A stretch of 64,000 bases of DNA from the human T2T-CHM13v2.0 reference genome, Homo sapiens: NCBI RefSeq assembly GCF_009914755.1, contig NC_060930.1; one strand, written 5' to 3'. The position numbers and the translations under genes are program-made. Below, piece by piece: positions 49,011 through 61,914 of the stretch (position 1 is its first letter; the number at the start of each line of letters is the position of its first letter). The notes under the pieces were generated by a model. The model searched no databases and had not been told where the DNA came from. It saw nothing but the letters and a program-made list of their open reading frames with translations.

Positions 49011-51878
49011 CATGCCAGAAGAGACACCTCCTCATCCCATGCTGGTAATGCATTCATGCTCATTCAGAGGAATGAATGCCCTTATTCCATTCATTCCTCT
49101 CCTTCACCATCACTTAGTGAGCAAATCTTGTGCTGGGCATCACATGATTCTAGTTGGTCTCGTTTATTGATCATACTGTTTAATTTAAGAGGATAAAATA
49201 TACTTCATATTTTTAAAGGATTTATGGGGGAATAAGTTGGGGGACCCAGCATATCCCAAATGCCAGGTTGCACACATTTTATTTCTTGCCTAGATTCAGA
49301 ATATTGCCACTGGTTATTATAAAGCCCAAGTGTTATTTATTACAATATTCCTGAATGTGAAACCAACCTGATTTCCTTGTGGCTTATTTATTTATTAAAC
49401 CATTGTAAGAAGATTGAAGAGAGGAAGGTAAAGGGTTGAGAACCCTGTCCAGTGCCTTCAGCAACCTGGCAGCATCTTAAATGAGCAATGTATTTTCAGC
49501 ATGATTCTGTTGTCTCACTGGGTTATGGTGTCAATGAAATGATGCTTTAAGAGGGAATTGATATTTAATGAGATGTAAAATACAGAGCTGTTTTCTATCA
49601 GGCAGACATCCTCTCTCCCCATTTTGTTCTCATAAGTACAGATAGATATAACTATTGGCTGCATGATCTATCTTAGGGCAGCCCTTGAAAAGACTAGGTC
49701 TGCTTCTTCGGGGACACACTTCCTTCATAGACACTAAGGATTCATGGAGCCACCTCTCTGAAGTAGTTTCTTGGGACTCAGTATTTAAACTCATGAACAG
49801 CATGCAAGTAATTCTTAACAGCGATTATTGTTTTTAAGGGAACCACATGGCCACCTCCCCTAACAACTTTTCTAGCTCCACAGTACTGTCTCAGGCTGTT
49901 TAAAAAATGACAATGGATATAAATAGTAATCTAATTATAGTTAGAAGAGATTTACAGCTCTAATTACGACTGCTGTTACATTTTAAAGGGACTGACATAA
50001 GCAATCAACACATCCCATACAAGAATCCATCTTGCTATTATAAAAGCTACCTGCCAATTGTTTGTCAGTTGAATAACACACAACACTGCACACATTATCT
50101 CCAGAATTAGTGATACCGACAGTTTTGCCATGTTTAATATATGTAAGCAGTATAATGCAAAGAAAGGCATGGAGCTTAGGAATTGCTCAATTAGGGACTG
50201 CTGCCTTGTCAATATATGCATGTTTGTCAAGTATGTTATCATCTCACTCTCAATGATTTTTTTATGTAGCTCAATCAACTACATATTCATAGAACTTCTC
50301 TATGATAAAAGTGGGAAACACAATCTCTTTGTTAGACATTTATGTAAACATATATTTATTATATATTATATATTATGTAACATTTACTGGATATTTGCTG
50401 TGTGTCAGGGTAGAAATTTTATAATAGTCTCATTTGAGACTTAAAACAATTCTTTAGCATTATTCTATTGAATTTATTCTTTTGGATGATTTGTGGTATG
50501 TAACACATATTACAAATTGTTTGAGATGGGACAGACTTGTGGTTTTTAAAGGGTTTGTTGATCATTTCTACAGGTTGAGGAAAATTGTTCAAATAAAATC
50601 CCAGCTCCTACCTTCATCATCCTTCTACAGCTGGGCACATTGATTTCCACCTCCGAGGCCTCAACCTTACTCTTGATTTCTGAACAATCAAGACAGGGCA
50701 TGTTTAATTCATCCCAGGCCAGTGGTCTAATGGGACTGAGACTTCATATTTACCATGCTCTGAGATCTAGAATTTGCGAGTCCTAATGTCAACCATCCAG
50801 CATCCAATAATGTTCTGTTTGCCAGGCCTGACTACTTGTTAGGGCTCCTTCCCACTGCAGATCCTTGTCAGGGACAAGAAATGTGTTAATAAGTTGCCCA
50901 CCAGGAGGAGGCCCTGCTGTCTTGTGTTCAGATGGTGACTTCTCATAACATGAGCCATGCATACCACCCACTACAGGTATTTTACCAATCCATTCTTCCA
51001 GCTCCTTAGAACCCAACCTGCTGCCTTCTGGCCTAAGTATGAGTGAATCATACTTTGTATCAGAGTTGACAAACAGATAGCATGAACCGTGTGGGCATAG
51101 CAACTGCTAAAATAATACATTACTTCCCACTAGTTGGTCAATAGTTGCTGATCCCATACTTCCCCTCACTCCCAATGTTCCTCCCTTCCCTCCTCTATCT
51201 TGGCTCTCTTTCGAGACTCCCAGACATACATATTATTCAGCAACCGAAGGGTAGTCCCCCAGCACATCAACAGACATCTGGCAGCCCACTCCTATGATAG
51301 CCAGTATCCTTTGTGCTTGGTTGGTGAGTGTACCTGTTGTACTGTGTCTGTTAATGTTCATATTAATGTAACATTACTTCTGATGTTTACCTTGCTGTTT
51401 TGCCTTTGACTTAGACAAATAACAAATAAACTGCCCTCTATTTTAGGCTATAGGTCCAGTTTTCTGCCAATTCCTCACTTTTTTTTCCTCCTAATGTTCT
51501 CCCTGAGAAGTTAGTCTACCGTCTCACAGACCCTACTCCACAAATGATGGATTGATATTTTCATTTTTAAGTACTTTTACTTTTTTTAATCATGCAACTA
51601 TGAACACCACCACTTTTTAGTCAATAAAAACAGAATAAAGAGACACTACACTTGCAAAATGAAGAAATTTGAAAGTAAGAATTTGCCAATGATAGTTTAA
51701 CTAGATTGTAGGTCAAGGCAGTTGGTCACATCTCTGATTCAGTGACATTAGGAAGACATAATTACAGCAAGATGGCTGCATTCATGCCAACGTGAATAGT
51801 TTCTTTCTTGAGATAACTGATCCCAAAGGATGGCAGGAATCATTTCCTTCTGTGTTCTGTGGGCATTTGTTTTGTCAG

Positions 51879-51924
51879 AACATAACATACATACATAACA
51901 TACATACATACATAACATACATAA
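51879..51924. repeat. (ACAT)n/(ACATA)n simple repeat
   Basis: aacataacatacatacataacatacatacatacataacatacataa. Confidence 0.9.
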
Positions 51925-54488
51925 ATCCTGTTTTATAAATGGTATGCTGTGCTTTAAATACAGCCCAGTATGTCATTCTGTCAGCGATTAGCAATAGCAA
52001 ACTGTTTTGTTGATTGATTCATTATTCTTAGCACCCAATTGAAAAAAATTATTACCAAATTTATGAAGAAAATTTTTCTTTAAAATAGTTTATGCCACAA
52101 TAATAATACAGGCATTTTTATTTTTTACATGTTAAAAGTGCGACTAAGCCACTAACTTGTCTTTCTCATCACCCTGAGAATTCCTTACAGCATTAATGAG
52201 GTATTAGATGGCTTTGTAAATGATGATTGGTTACAATAATGTGAAATTTGTGTGATAGCCTGAGTAGCTTTTTTAATAGTACTTGGTATTTTTCAGGAAG
52301 CTCTGCAACCTAACTTTACATCACCTCAAATTTCTTGTTTTGCCTTTCATATCCATTCATCTTTATTTTAAAGTGTCTAAATGCCCTTGCTAAATTAAGA
52401 ACACATGGCTTTGACAAACCCAGTAATTGTGCTCACTATGCAGAAGACTAAACTCAAAGATTACATCTAAATGGCACCACTGCATCAGAAACAGAATTAA
52501 GTCTACATCATCATTGGATATTTGACCTTTATGTTTTTGGCAGCAAATGACTTGGTTTTCTGGTTCTTGAAAATTAAAATAGGTAGTCCATTCTCAGGTT
52601 TTGTCTGGCCAATTTCTTTAGGAATCCATAGTTTTAATTTACTGAGCTGAAACGGTATACCCTTACCTTATTTATGGATTCCTAGTCAAGATTTTTGTCA
52701 CTACATCTTTTAAACTCTAGGCTAATTATCATGAATTCAAAAATCTGAGTTTTCCTGTTTGTTACATTTTGACTTGACTTTTTCTCTTTTTGATCTCAGA
52801 ACTCTTTCCTTTCAACTCAGTCTAAGACACACTATGAGCCTGTTGTGTTATTTTCTGTTCTAAGAAGCCAGATAAAGACAGAAATTTGATCTCTTTGTGT
52901 GACAAGGCATGGAGTTCCCTTTTTATCTTTTATAGTTTAGGCAGTCATCCTCTGATGTTGGGTAAATCTTAATATGGATTGAATGGGTTCCCATTTTAGC
53001 TGTTTGGTTTCAACCGTATGCAATCAAAGAAGAAAATCTCCAGAACAGATTATCTAGAAGGACCTGTTTAACTTACAATTTTTCTGTTAATTTTCCAGAG
53101 GAGCTTACCCCCATACCTCTTTCTTCCAAAGAAGGGATTAGAAGACAAATGCATTGTTAGCTCTTAGGCATTAAAGCCATTAGTAGCCAGAATCAACCTT
53201 TTCATAAAATTTAAGATGCAGAAAGAAAATTATGTCATTTAGATTGTGGAGTCTACACTAACAATAACAAAAACAACAATTTTGTCTTGCAGTTTTAAAA
53301 TTTGTGACTAGGAAAGAATGCAGTTCTCACAAATGTCCTGAAGAAAGCACTAAAGCTAAGTCAATATAATTCGCTGGAGAACACTTGGCACTAAATAAAA
53401 AGGTTAAGGCATTGGACAATAACCCAAAAAGAAGTAAGTTGAGAATCCTACGCCCAGCAGAACACACTGCTATGACACAAAGTGCCAGTTGAGTTGAAAA
53501 TAAAATTGAATCTGTATTAGAGACAAATTTTATACATTTTAAAAACATTTGTACAATTTCTGGGCCTATGTGAAAAGTCTAGGTATGGATTTCTTGTACT
53601 TTCATGGTGTTTTCAAAGTATCTTTGTGAGAAAGATAGAGTTTTTAAATAAAAGTCTAATGAATGAAAACTTTTAAAGTGGAAGCAGTTGATATATTCTT
53701 GGACTAAATCTCCACGACTCATAGACCTGGACATTTGAAAAAATTCTCTGTTGTCAGAAGAAGTCAATTTTTGTCCTGTTTAGAGTCTAACTCCATAGAG
53801 TTTTCCCATCACAGATATCTCTGATTACAAAGTATCCCCTAGGTTATAAGACCCAAGTCATATGACCAGGGATGCATTTGAGGCTGGTCTTCCTACGGAG
53901 CTCCTTCCAGACCCTCACAGATGACAGCCTCCAATGTCACTCAGTATGTTGGAATAATATTCCCAGTTGTGGAGTAGGATTCTGCTAGAATCTAAAGAGG
54001 CCTACTAGGTGGTGTGCTTCCTTCTTTATAGTGGGAGGTGCAACATGCAAGAATTTGTCCTTGATATTGGCTTACTTGCAGATTGCTGGGTTCCTAAGAA
54101 TTTCATGGATAGAGCAAGGCCTGAAATCTTCATCAAGGTTATGAGCATTCCATGTTTTCACCTAGAAGAAAAAAACAGACTTTCTAAATCATACCCCAGG
54201 AAATAGCCTTGGAAATCATTGAAATCTTGTTACTTTCTCAGAAGAGCCAAGGGATGGTAACATAAGATAATATGAATGGCAAGGCATAAGAAGGAAGTTT
54301 GAGAGGAAGCATTGTTATGAAACAGGTTTCATAAACAACCAGATTCTCTTCTGAGCTTTATTATAGTGACTTTAAGGACCTTGGTCTTTTGAGAACATTA
54401 TAGTGGCTGTCAGTCATTGTTTTGATCTTGGTTTCTATGACTTTTGGTTGAATTCTCTTCTTTTTCACCTCCATTTCCCTTTGAACAA

Positions 54489-56250
54489 CATTCACTTATT
54501 TAGCAAATATTTATTAAACACCTGTTTTGTGCCAGGCCTTGTTCTAGGTTCTGAGAATATAGCAGTGAACATAAAGGCAACATGCTTGCCCTCATGAAGC
54601 TCAAGTCTTAGTGGGGATAAACAACAATTTTCTCTATCTATCTATCTATTTATCTATCTATCATCTATCATCTATGAAAACAGTTTATACGTGAACAGTG
54701 AGAGAAGAAACTATGCAGATTTTCTGGAAAAAGAATGATTCAGGCAAAGAGAACAGCAAATGCAAACTTCTTGATGTAGGAATATGCTTGCCATATTCCA
54801 GGAAGCACAAGTATGCAGTGTGACTAGAGTGACTAGAACAAGGGGGAGAGTATTAAGAGACGTCAGCTAGTAAGAAGAGACCAAATCTTGAAAGACCTTG
54901 ATGGCTATGCTATACTTAGCTATGCAATGACTTAGGCTATACTATATTTGGACCTAAATAGAAACCCATTGGACAGTTTTCTGCAACGTAGTAACATGCT
55001 CTGATTTACATTTCAAAATAATCCCTTTGGCTGCTGTGTTGGTAATAGGTACCAATTTCTGATACATAAATGTAGGTTGGGGGCTATCATAATAATCAAT
55101 GAGAATATGGATGCTGCCTCAGACTAGAGTGGTGCAGGTACTTATTAGAAGGGCTCTGGATTTATTTTGGATTCATTTTGGTTCTGGATATGTAGAATTT
55201 TCTAATTAATTATACATGAGGTATGAAGGTAAACGGTCAAAAATGATTTTGTTGTTTCTGGGCTGAGCTACTGAAGGTATAGATGTAACAAATGGGGAAA
55301 GACATAAAGAATTTGTAGGATTAATGTGTTGAAGGTATTGTTGATGTCAAAGTATGTTGGAGTTGGGATAGTAAAAGATGTGAGCTATAAAGTTAGGAGA
55401 TGGTGATCACATAGTGGGATACATGACATGGATTTTATGGGTGTTTAGAGATTAAATGAATTATTATTTATTCAGTTTAAATGGGTGAATAATTGAGTTT
55501 GATTTTAAGAAGGAATGGCTGATGCTATGTGAAGGACAAGTTCTTTTGGAGGAGATGAAGTCAAGGACACAGCCAAATAATTTGAAGTTTCTTCTATGCA
55601 TATAAGGAAATTAACATGAATGTTGGCAGGGGTAGTGTTGAAGAGAATGGCAGTGGCCCAACACCAAATATTTACAAGGAATGAGGAGAGTAGATGATTG
55701 CAAAAAGTAGGACTGTTGTGAAATTCAAAGCTGGGGTTTTAGGAAGAAGGAAGGATGATCTCTATGTGGCAATGCATGGCAAAAGGTACATAAGACCTAG
55801 TGATATAAGAGCCATGATAGAAATAACAGCCATCTTTTGAGGATGCTGCCTGGGAGGCTGTGTTTTAGGTAGGACTTCGTTTTGAGAGTTAGGTTTGGGT
55901 AGAGTAAAAAGGTGACATTCAGAGAAACAGCTGAGCATATGAGGCGTTTTGCTGATGATGTGTGCCATGTTCCAAAGGGCACGGTGGAAAGTTTCAAGAG
56001 TCAGGGAGAAGATGGAATCAGAAAAGTATGTAAAAAGCCATGAAGCACTTAGTATTGGGGGATGAAGAATGACCCGGGAGTCCTGAGCTTCCTGTGACTG
56101 CCATGAATAGGCATCAAAGTCACAATGGTCCCAAGGAATATAACAATGAAATTGTAGGCATTTGAGGGGAGAAACAAGTGAAATCTTGGCAGAGCATGTA
56201 GAGATCTGGAGTTTCCATTAATACAGGATTGTGGCCAGTAGAAGGTGGGG
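54489..56250 (-). mobile_element. L2 (L2a-like) relic containing a (TATC)n microsatellite at 54633-54675
   Basis: caaatatttattaaacacc...tgtgccaggc...gccctcatgaagctca 3' end, then purine-rich L2 body (gcaaatgcaaa, tttggctgctgtgt, ggctgagctactgaa). Distal boundary is approximate. Confidence 0.75.
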
Positions 56251-57029
56251 GTAAGTTTGATAGATCTGTTATAACATCTTTCTTTCATATATATATAGAG
56301 AGAGAGAGAGTTCAGAGAGAAAATAGGATCAATACTAATATTACAGACACAAAATAATGAAGCTCCATACCATTTCTCTCTATTGACATAAGACTTTCAC
56401 ATCATTGTCAGGTTAATCTTTCTAAAATGGATTTCTTCATGTCTTTTTCTTGTTAAGTCTTCATTAATATCTTACTTTTACCTGTATAATATTTCTTATC
56501 CCCTAACTTGGCATTTAAAACTTTTTCTAAAATGTCTTATACCTACTCTTTTTTTCTTATTCTTTTGGTATGCTCATTTATTATTTACCTATATTTATTA
56601 AGCACGTATTTGGTGCAGACACTGGGAATACAAATGGTGAATATTCATTGCCCAGCCCTCTGGATTGTCTTTTATTAAATAGTTGCCTTATTTCTCTATA
56701 TGACACTGTACTTGAGACTACTATTCCTGCCCTCCTCCTTTCTGCTGCCTGCTGAAGAAACGGGCGTTTCTCTGCCAGAACACCTCCTTTCCTCGGTATG
56801 TATCTATGATTTACTTATGATTTCATGGCCCAGTCGATTTCAGCCTCCTTTTCCAGTGAGTGTTCCAAACACAGGAATATCTTCCTTTCTGAACATATAC
56901 TGTTTTTGTCACTAGAACAAAGCCTAACCCCAAGTACTTGCTCACTAAATATTTGTCGTTGAATGGCTAGCACGTGTTAATGCACTATAGAATGTGATCT
57001 AGAAAAATCAAGCCAACCATAGTGTGTCT

Positions 57030-57150
57030 TTTCATTCATTCAAAACTCATCTATTGAGAAACTATTTTGTGCCAGATACTGTCTTTGCCGTGTGGGTTCT
57101 TTTAAAGTAAGGTGTCTTCTGCCTCTTGTTCTTGACAAACATCTCTTTCA
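57030..57150 (-). mobile_element. L2 3' fragment
   Basis: ttcattcattcaa...tattgag...tgtgccagatactgt. Confidence 0.6.
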
Positions 57151-57291
57151 AAAGCCAAAATTCATTTTTAGTGAGAAGTAAAATTGACATTATTCCTCCA
57201 ACTAACATAATTAAGATATGTTTAACATTTGCACAGCAACAGATTTCCATTTGGAAATGGAAATGTCCATTTCTATTATTTTAAAATGTTC

Positions 57292-58021
57292 TGTATTAGT
57301 TACCTATTGCTGCTCTAACACGTTACCACAAACTTAAAACCACACAAATAATAATTTTATAGTTCTGTAGTCCAGAAATCTACAATGGGTCCCTGTGGGC
57401 TAAAATGAAGGTGTCAGCAGGCCTTTCTAAAGACCATAAAGAAGAAACCATTTTTGTAATCCTAGCACTTTGGGAGGCCAAGGCGGGCAGATCATGAGGT
57501 TAAGAGATTGAGACCATCCTGGCTAACATGGTGAAACCTCATCTCTACTAAAAATACAAAAAATTAGCTGGGCATGGTGGCACACACCTGTAGACCCAGC
57601 TACTTAGGAGGCTGAGGCAGGAGAGTCACTTGAACGTGGGAGACGGAGGTTGCAGTGAGCCGAGATTGTGCCACTGTACTATAGCCTGGAGATAGTGAGA
57701 CTCCTTCTCAAAAAAAAAAAAAAAAAAAGAGAGAGAGAGAAGAAATCATTTTATCGCCTTTTCCAGCTTCTAGAAATTGCACTTTCCTTGGATTATGGTC
57801 CCTTTCCATGTTCTACCTCTCTCTATCATATTTAAGGAGGTTGTGATTATGTTGGCCCCACCAGGATAATCCAGAATGATTTCCCCATCTTAAGATCAGA
57901 GAATTAGCAATCTTAATTTCATTGCAGCCTTAACTCCTCTTTGCCATATAACCTAAAACTTTCACGAGTTTCAAGCATAAGAAAATGGGCATCTTTGACA
58001 GCCATTATTCTTCCTATGGCA
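57292..58021 (-). mobile_element. MLT1D-like MaLR solo LTR, interrupted by an Alu
   Basis: TGTATTAGTTACCTATTGCTGCT...aaggtgtcagcagg // ccttttccagcttctaga...ggataatccagaatgat...gccattattcttccta..CA. Confidence 0.85.
57455..57737 (+). mobile_element. 5'-truncated Alu (AluSc-like) with A/(GA)n tail
   Basis: Starts tgtaatcctagcac; 15-bp TSD agaagaaa(c/t)catttt (57440-57454 / 57738-57752). Confidence 0.95.
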
Positions 58022-60000
58022 TGCCCTTAAGAAAGTGATGCATCAGATGTTATCACCACAGAAGTGTCCAGGCTTCTAAAGGTTTGACACTATGCTGCTT
58101 ATCCATCAACCTTGATGCCTCTGCATTCAGAGGTAGAGGTGCAGGTTAAAAGATCCCAACAGCCAGCTTTCACTCAGAATCATCGTGGACTGAGAGTAAT
58201 TTAGACATTTGCAAGCCTTGTACAGAGACATCTACAGCACTATCATAAATATGATATTTTGTCTAGATGGAAGAACTTAATAGAATTAAGCAGAAGGAAT
58301 GGTTGAAGGAATTATTCTTAAGGAAGAAAGTGATGAACTTGGCAGCAAGACAGGTTGTGTTTTGGTTTGCTTACTGGGAATAATTTATGCCCTCTTAATA
58401 AAAAAATAATGGTGATTATATTCAGATGAGTGGAATTGGTGTTTATTTGAAATTAAGCATGCTACCATGTTACTATAGATGACATCACACATGATTGTAA
58501 CTTGCCTCATCTGCCCAAACTGTAATGGATACTGTGCAGGTTTCAGAAGAGGGTTTGTGTTGGCTGGCTTCCGCAGGCCTTCGGCCATGTGTCCCCGAGG
58601 AGAAAAGGTTTAAACAAAAGGAAAAGAAAATGCATTAGAAGACTGAGATGAAGGGAGCACGTGGGTCAGGAACACTAACTTCATGTAAGCAATATTACAA
58701 GGCAGACAATTGTTGGTACTTTTTTAATTAAATGAAATTGATCTCCAGAGACAAGGATAGTTGGAGAGTTCTAATGAAACAGAAATTGGATGTCTAATAT
58801 GCACATCAAGATGAAAATCTACTAAGTGTACTCAATATAGAATTGGCTAGAATTTGCTCAAAAATTAATTCCATGTTAATTATTAAAATTAAAAACCATG
58901 TGTAAAGTCATTTGGAAGTTCTGTGGCCAGCTTTTCTAGCGATGATCGAACCTATTCCGTTCTTTCCTAATAGAGGTACATGTTAAGAATGGGGAAGCTT
59001 TTCTCCTATCAGTATTTTTATCATGCCAGAAAATATAAAGTTATACACACACATAAAATTTTCACTGCAACTTTATTTCCTTTGGCTTTTTTCCTTGCAG
59101 ACGTTTCCCTCCACGTTTCTTTCCAAAATCCCATTTACAGGATCATTTTTCCAATCCACACGAAAAGCTTAACTGTACAGAATGTCTTACTTTTTTTCTT
59201 GCTTAAGACTTTATGCATTAGATGTTCATCGAATGTTGAGAAAATAGGTGTTGTTTAATATATAATTCTCTTTCACACTTGTGGCTGCACTTAGTGCTTA
59301 TATTGAAAGTATGCTCTCAGAAAATATATTTTAGCATTTCCAAGATTATTGACTTTTATTTCATTTTGGAAAACATAGGTTAATTTTTAAAAAAGTGGTC
59401 TTATGAAATTGAAATACAGATTTAAATTTTGTAAGGAAACCCTCTGTAACTCAGTTTGGTGAGTTGATGTATTCATTTTTACCAGCTTGGACACAGTTTG
59501 ACCCATTCTCCTTGCCCCTGGCAGCAGTTCCAGGTTTCATGAAGCCGATTGTGATCTTAACACGTTGTTCTTATTTCTGACAGCATTTTTACTTTTAACA
59601 TTTTCAAGAGCACATTCTTTTCCCTGTGCTATTGAATCTAGTCCTGTGAGGAATGGAGATACTTGCTTACCACCTGGATTTTGTTCCTTAATGACAGGCC
59701 CATAAAAATGTAGAACTGGAGGAAAATCATTGAGTCTGCAGAATTCTGGAAGATCACTGAGACTCACCATCAGTCCTTACCTTACCTCCCTCTGGGATGA
59801 GAAAGGGCTGTTGTAGACATGTGTTCCAGCATAACGTTGCCCAGCTATGGGGGAAGAAAGGAGTTTTCTCTCTTGGAAGCCACATAGAGGTGCATGGGGG
59901 AAAGCCACCTGGATTTTTGCTGGTTACATTTCTATCCTAAGCTTCAAGGTGCATATCTTTTTCCTTCCATAGGAATGCAGCCTCCTCTTCCTTTTTATTT

Positions 60001-60118
60001 TATTTGACTAAAAATTGAACACAGCTATGTTTTCTATGTAGTGCCAAACATCTTGGTGTTTATAAGTGTCTAGATAATTGATTTTTAGCGTGTATTCATA
60101 CATTTTGAGTTATGCCAA
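60001..60118 (+). repeat. Copy 1 of a diverged ~120-bp dispersed direct repeat
   Basis: Aligns by eye to 61790-61914. Confidence 0.85.
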
Positions 60119-60961
60119 TGGTCCACTGCCTCCTTTCAGGAGGAAAGGAGGCCACTTTACTGACATGCTCATGCAGAAACATTACAATACATACTGGAGT
60201 TAGTATATATTGCAAATAGCATAATATTATAAATATGATATTCCAACTTTTGGTCAAGGTGGTATGAATTTTCACACAGCCTTTTTGTGCCAAACTGTTA
60301 TCAAAAGGAGATACAATACGAAATGAGAAAATTAAATAAATATAGTCAGGCTTTAAAAACAATAGTATCTTCACAGACTTCACAGTGAAATGGAAATGCA
60401 ACCCTATGAGGATTTGAAGGGAGGGGCCTGCTGGAGTCTGGGTCCACAGGTAGGCAATGGCCCTGGAGTGTTCAGCTCCTATGGAGGCTGAAAGTGCTCA
60501 AAGACAAGGGACCATCCCACATCTGGAAGCCAGGTCTGAATAAGGGCTCTGGATCCCAAAGGGCACCGTATCGACCACCCCACATTGATATAAAAGGCTG
60601 GAATAAAGTGCTGCCAAGCTGCGGGTCTGTGGCTGTAGATAATATAGCTGGCCTAGATGACCCAGAACTAAGAGAGGTCAACAGCTGATTTGGTAATCTG
60701 TCCTGTAATAGCCTCAGTCTCACTGCAAGGCAGGGGCCTTAACCTGCCATTATAAAACCTACATTTGGAATGGAGTCAAAAGGTGAGGATGGGCAGAAAT
60801 GATTAAAAAGAACAACAGCAGCAACAACAAAACATCAAGAATTCAGCAAGAAGAGAAAATAAACCAGAGGAAGGACATAGAAGACTGGGAAAACTGAAAT
60901 AGAAGGTTTAATCTTACAAGCTTGACCCATTAGGTAAGTGGAACTCACAAGTCTCAATCAA

Positions 60962-60963
<2 letters not shown>

Positions 60964-61002
<39 letters not shown>

Positions 61003-61067
61003 TGTATATATACACACTATATATATACACATACACAATTATATATATATAATATATATATATAATT
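60964..61067. repeat. (TG)18 microsatellite followed by a TA-rich repeat
   Basis: Directly visible. Confidence 0.95.
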
Positions 61068-61429
61068 TTAAAGTCTGCATGGAATATTTGCAAATATTTG
61101 CCACATACTAAATTACAAAAAATGTCTCTACAAATTGCAGTAGGTTTCATGCAGTGTAATTCTGTAAATTTCACAATAAAGATTTTTTTCATCCTTCTGC
61201 TTTACTGAATAAGTTGTCTTGTGAGGCTCTTGTTTCTTGTGCCTAAGAGATCACTGAAAGCTGTTATAAAGGATATATCCAATTATTAAAAGTATTAGAG
61301 AGGGTTGACCGGTGGTGAGACCTGAGGCAGGGAGATCCACTTAGGAAGCTGTTGAATTAATGCAATTCCAGTCAAAGAGGGTTTATCACAGGTACGATGG
61401 GAGAAAGGTAGCTTTGTGTAGCAGCTGAA

Positions 61430-61635
61430 AGGCAGTAGGCATTGAACCACACAAACCTGTGTTTTCTTGGAATTTCATCAACCTTTTACTAAGCCTTTCT
61501 GAGCCTCATTTGTCTAATGTGTAGAATGAGGATAACTGATCCTGCTTTGCCGGCTGGTTATGAGGACCAGAGATAATCTGTGTAAACATCTTTGCAGTTT
61601 CTGGCACAAAATTACTCCACAGCAAATGTTAGAGT
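61430..61635 (+). mobile_element. MIR fragment
   Basis: ctttctgagcctcatttgtctaatgtgtagaatgaggataa...gttatgagga...ctggcaca...aaatgttag. Confidence 0.7.
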
Positions 61636-61789
61636 AGTAGGTCGTAGGGAGTTAAAGTTAGGAGGCATATGTACGATGCTTCTGTGTGAAAAATAGAATA
61701 AAAATTGTTTGGTAATTGACTCTGTTTTTGAGTCACAAACGATTAAAAGACAGTCCCAAGAGGTTCAGGAAGCCAATATTTGAATAAAA

Positions 61790-61914
61790 TATTTGAATCA
61801 AAATTGAACACCAATATGTTTTCTACGTAGTGTCAAACATCTAGGTGTTTATAAATGTCTAGATAATTAACTGATTTTTTTCAGATTTGATTCACACATT
61901 TGGAGTCATGTCAA
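61790..61914 (+). repeat. Copy 2 of a diverged ~120-bp dispersed direct repeat
   Basis: Aligns by eye to 60001-60118. Confidence 0.85.

Noticed and set aside
50895-50915. CTCF-like ccaccaggaggaggc
   Set aside because: Mismatches in the core GGC part of the motif; too weak to call.
57243-57264. 10-bp-arm palindrome atttccattt-gg-aaatggaaat
   Set aside because: Short and low-complexity; plausible by chance in 64 kb of AT-rich DNA.
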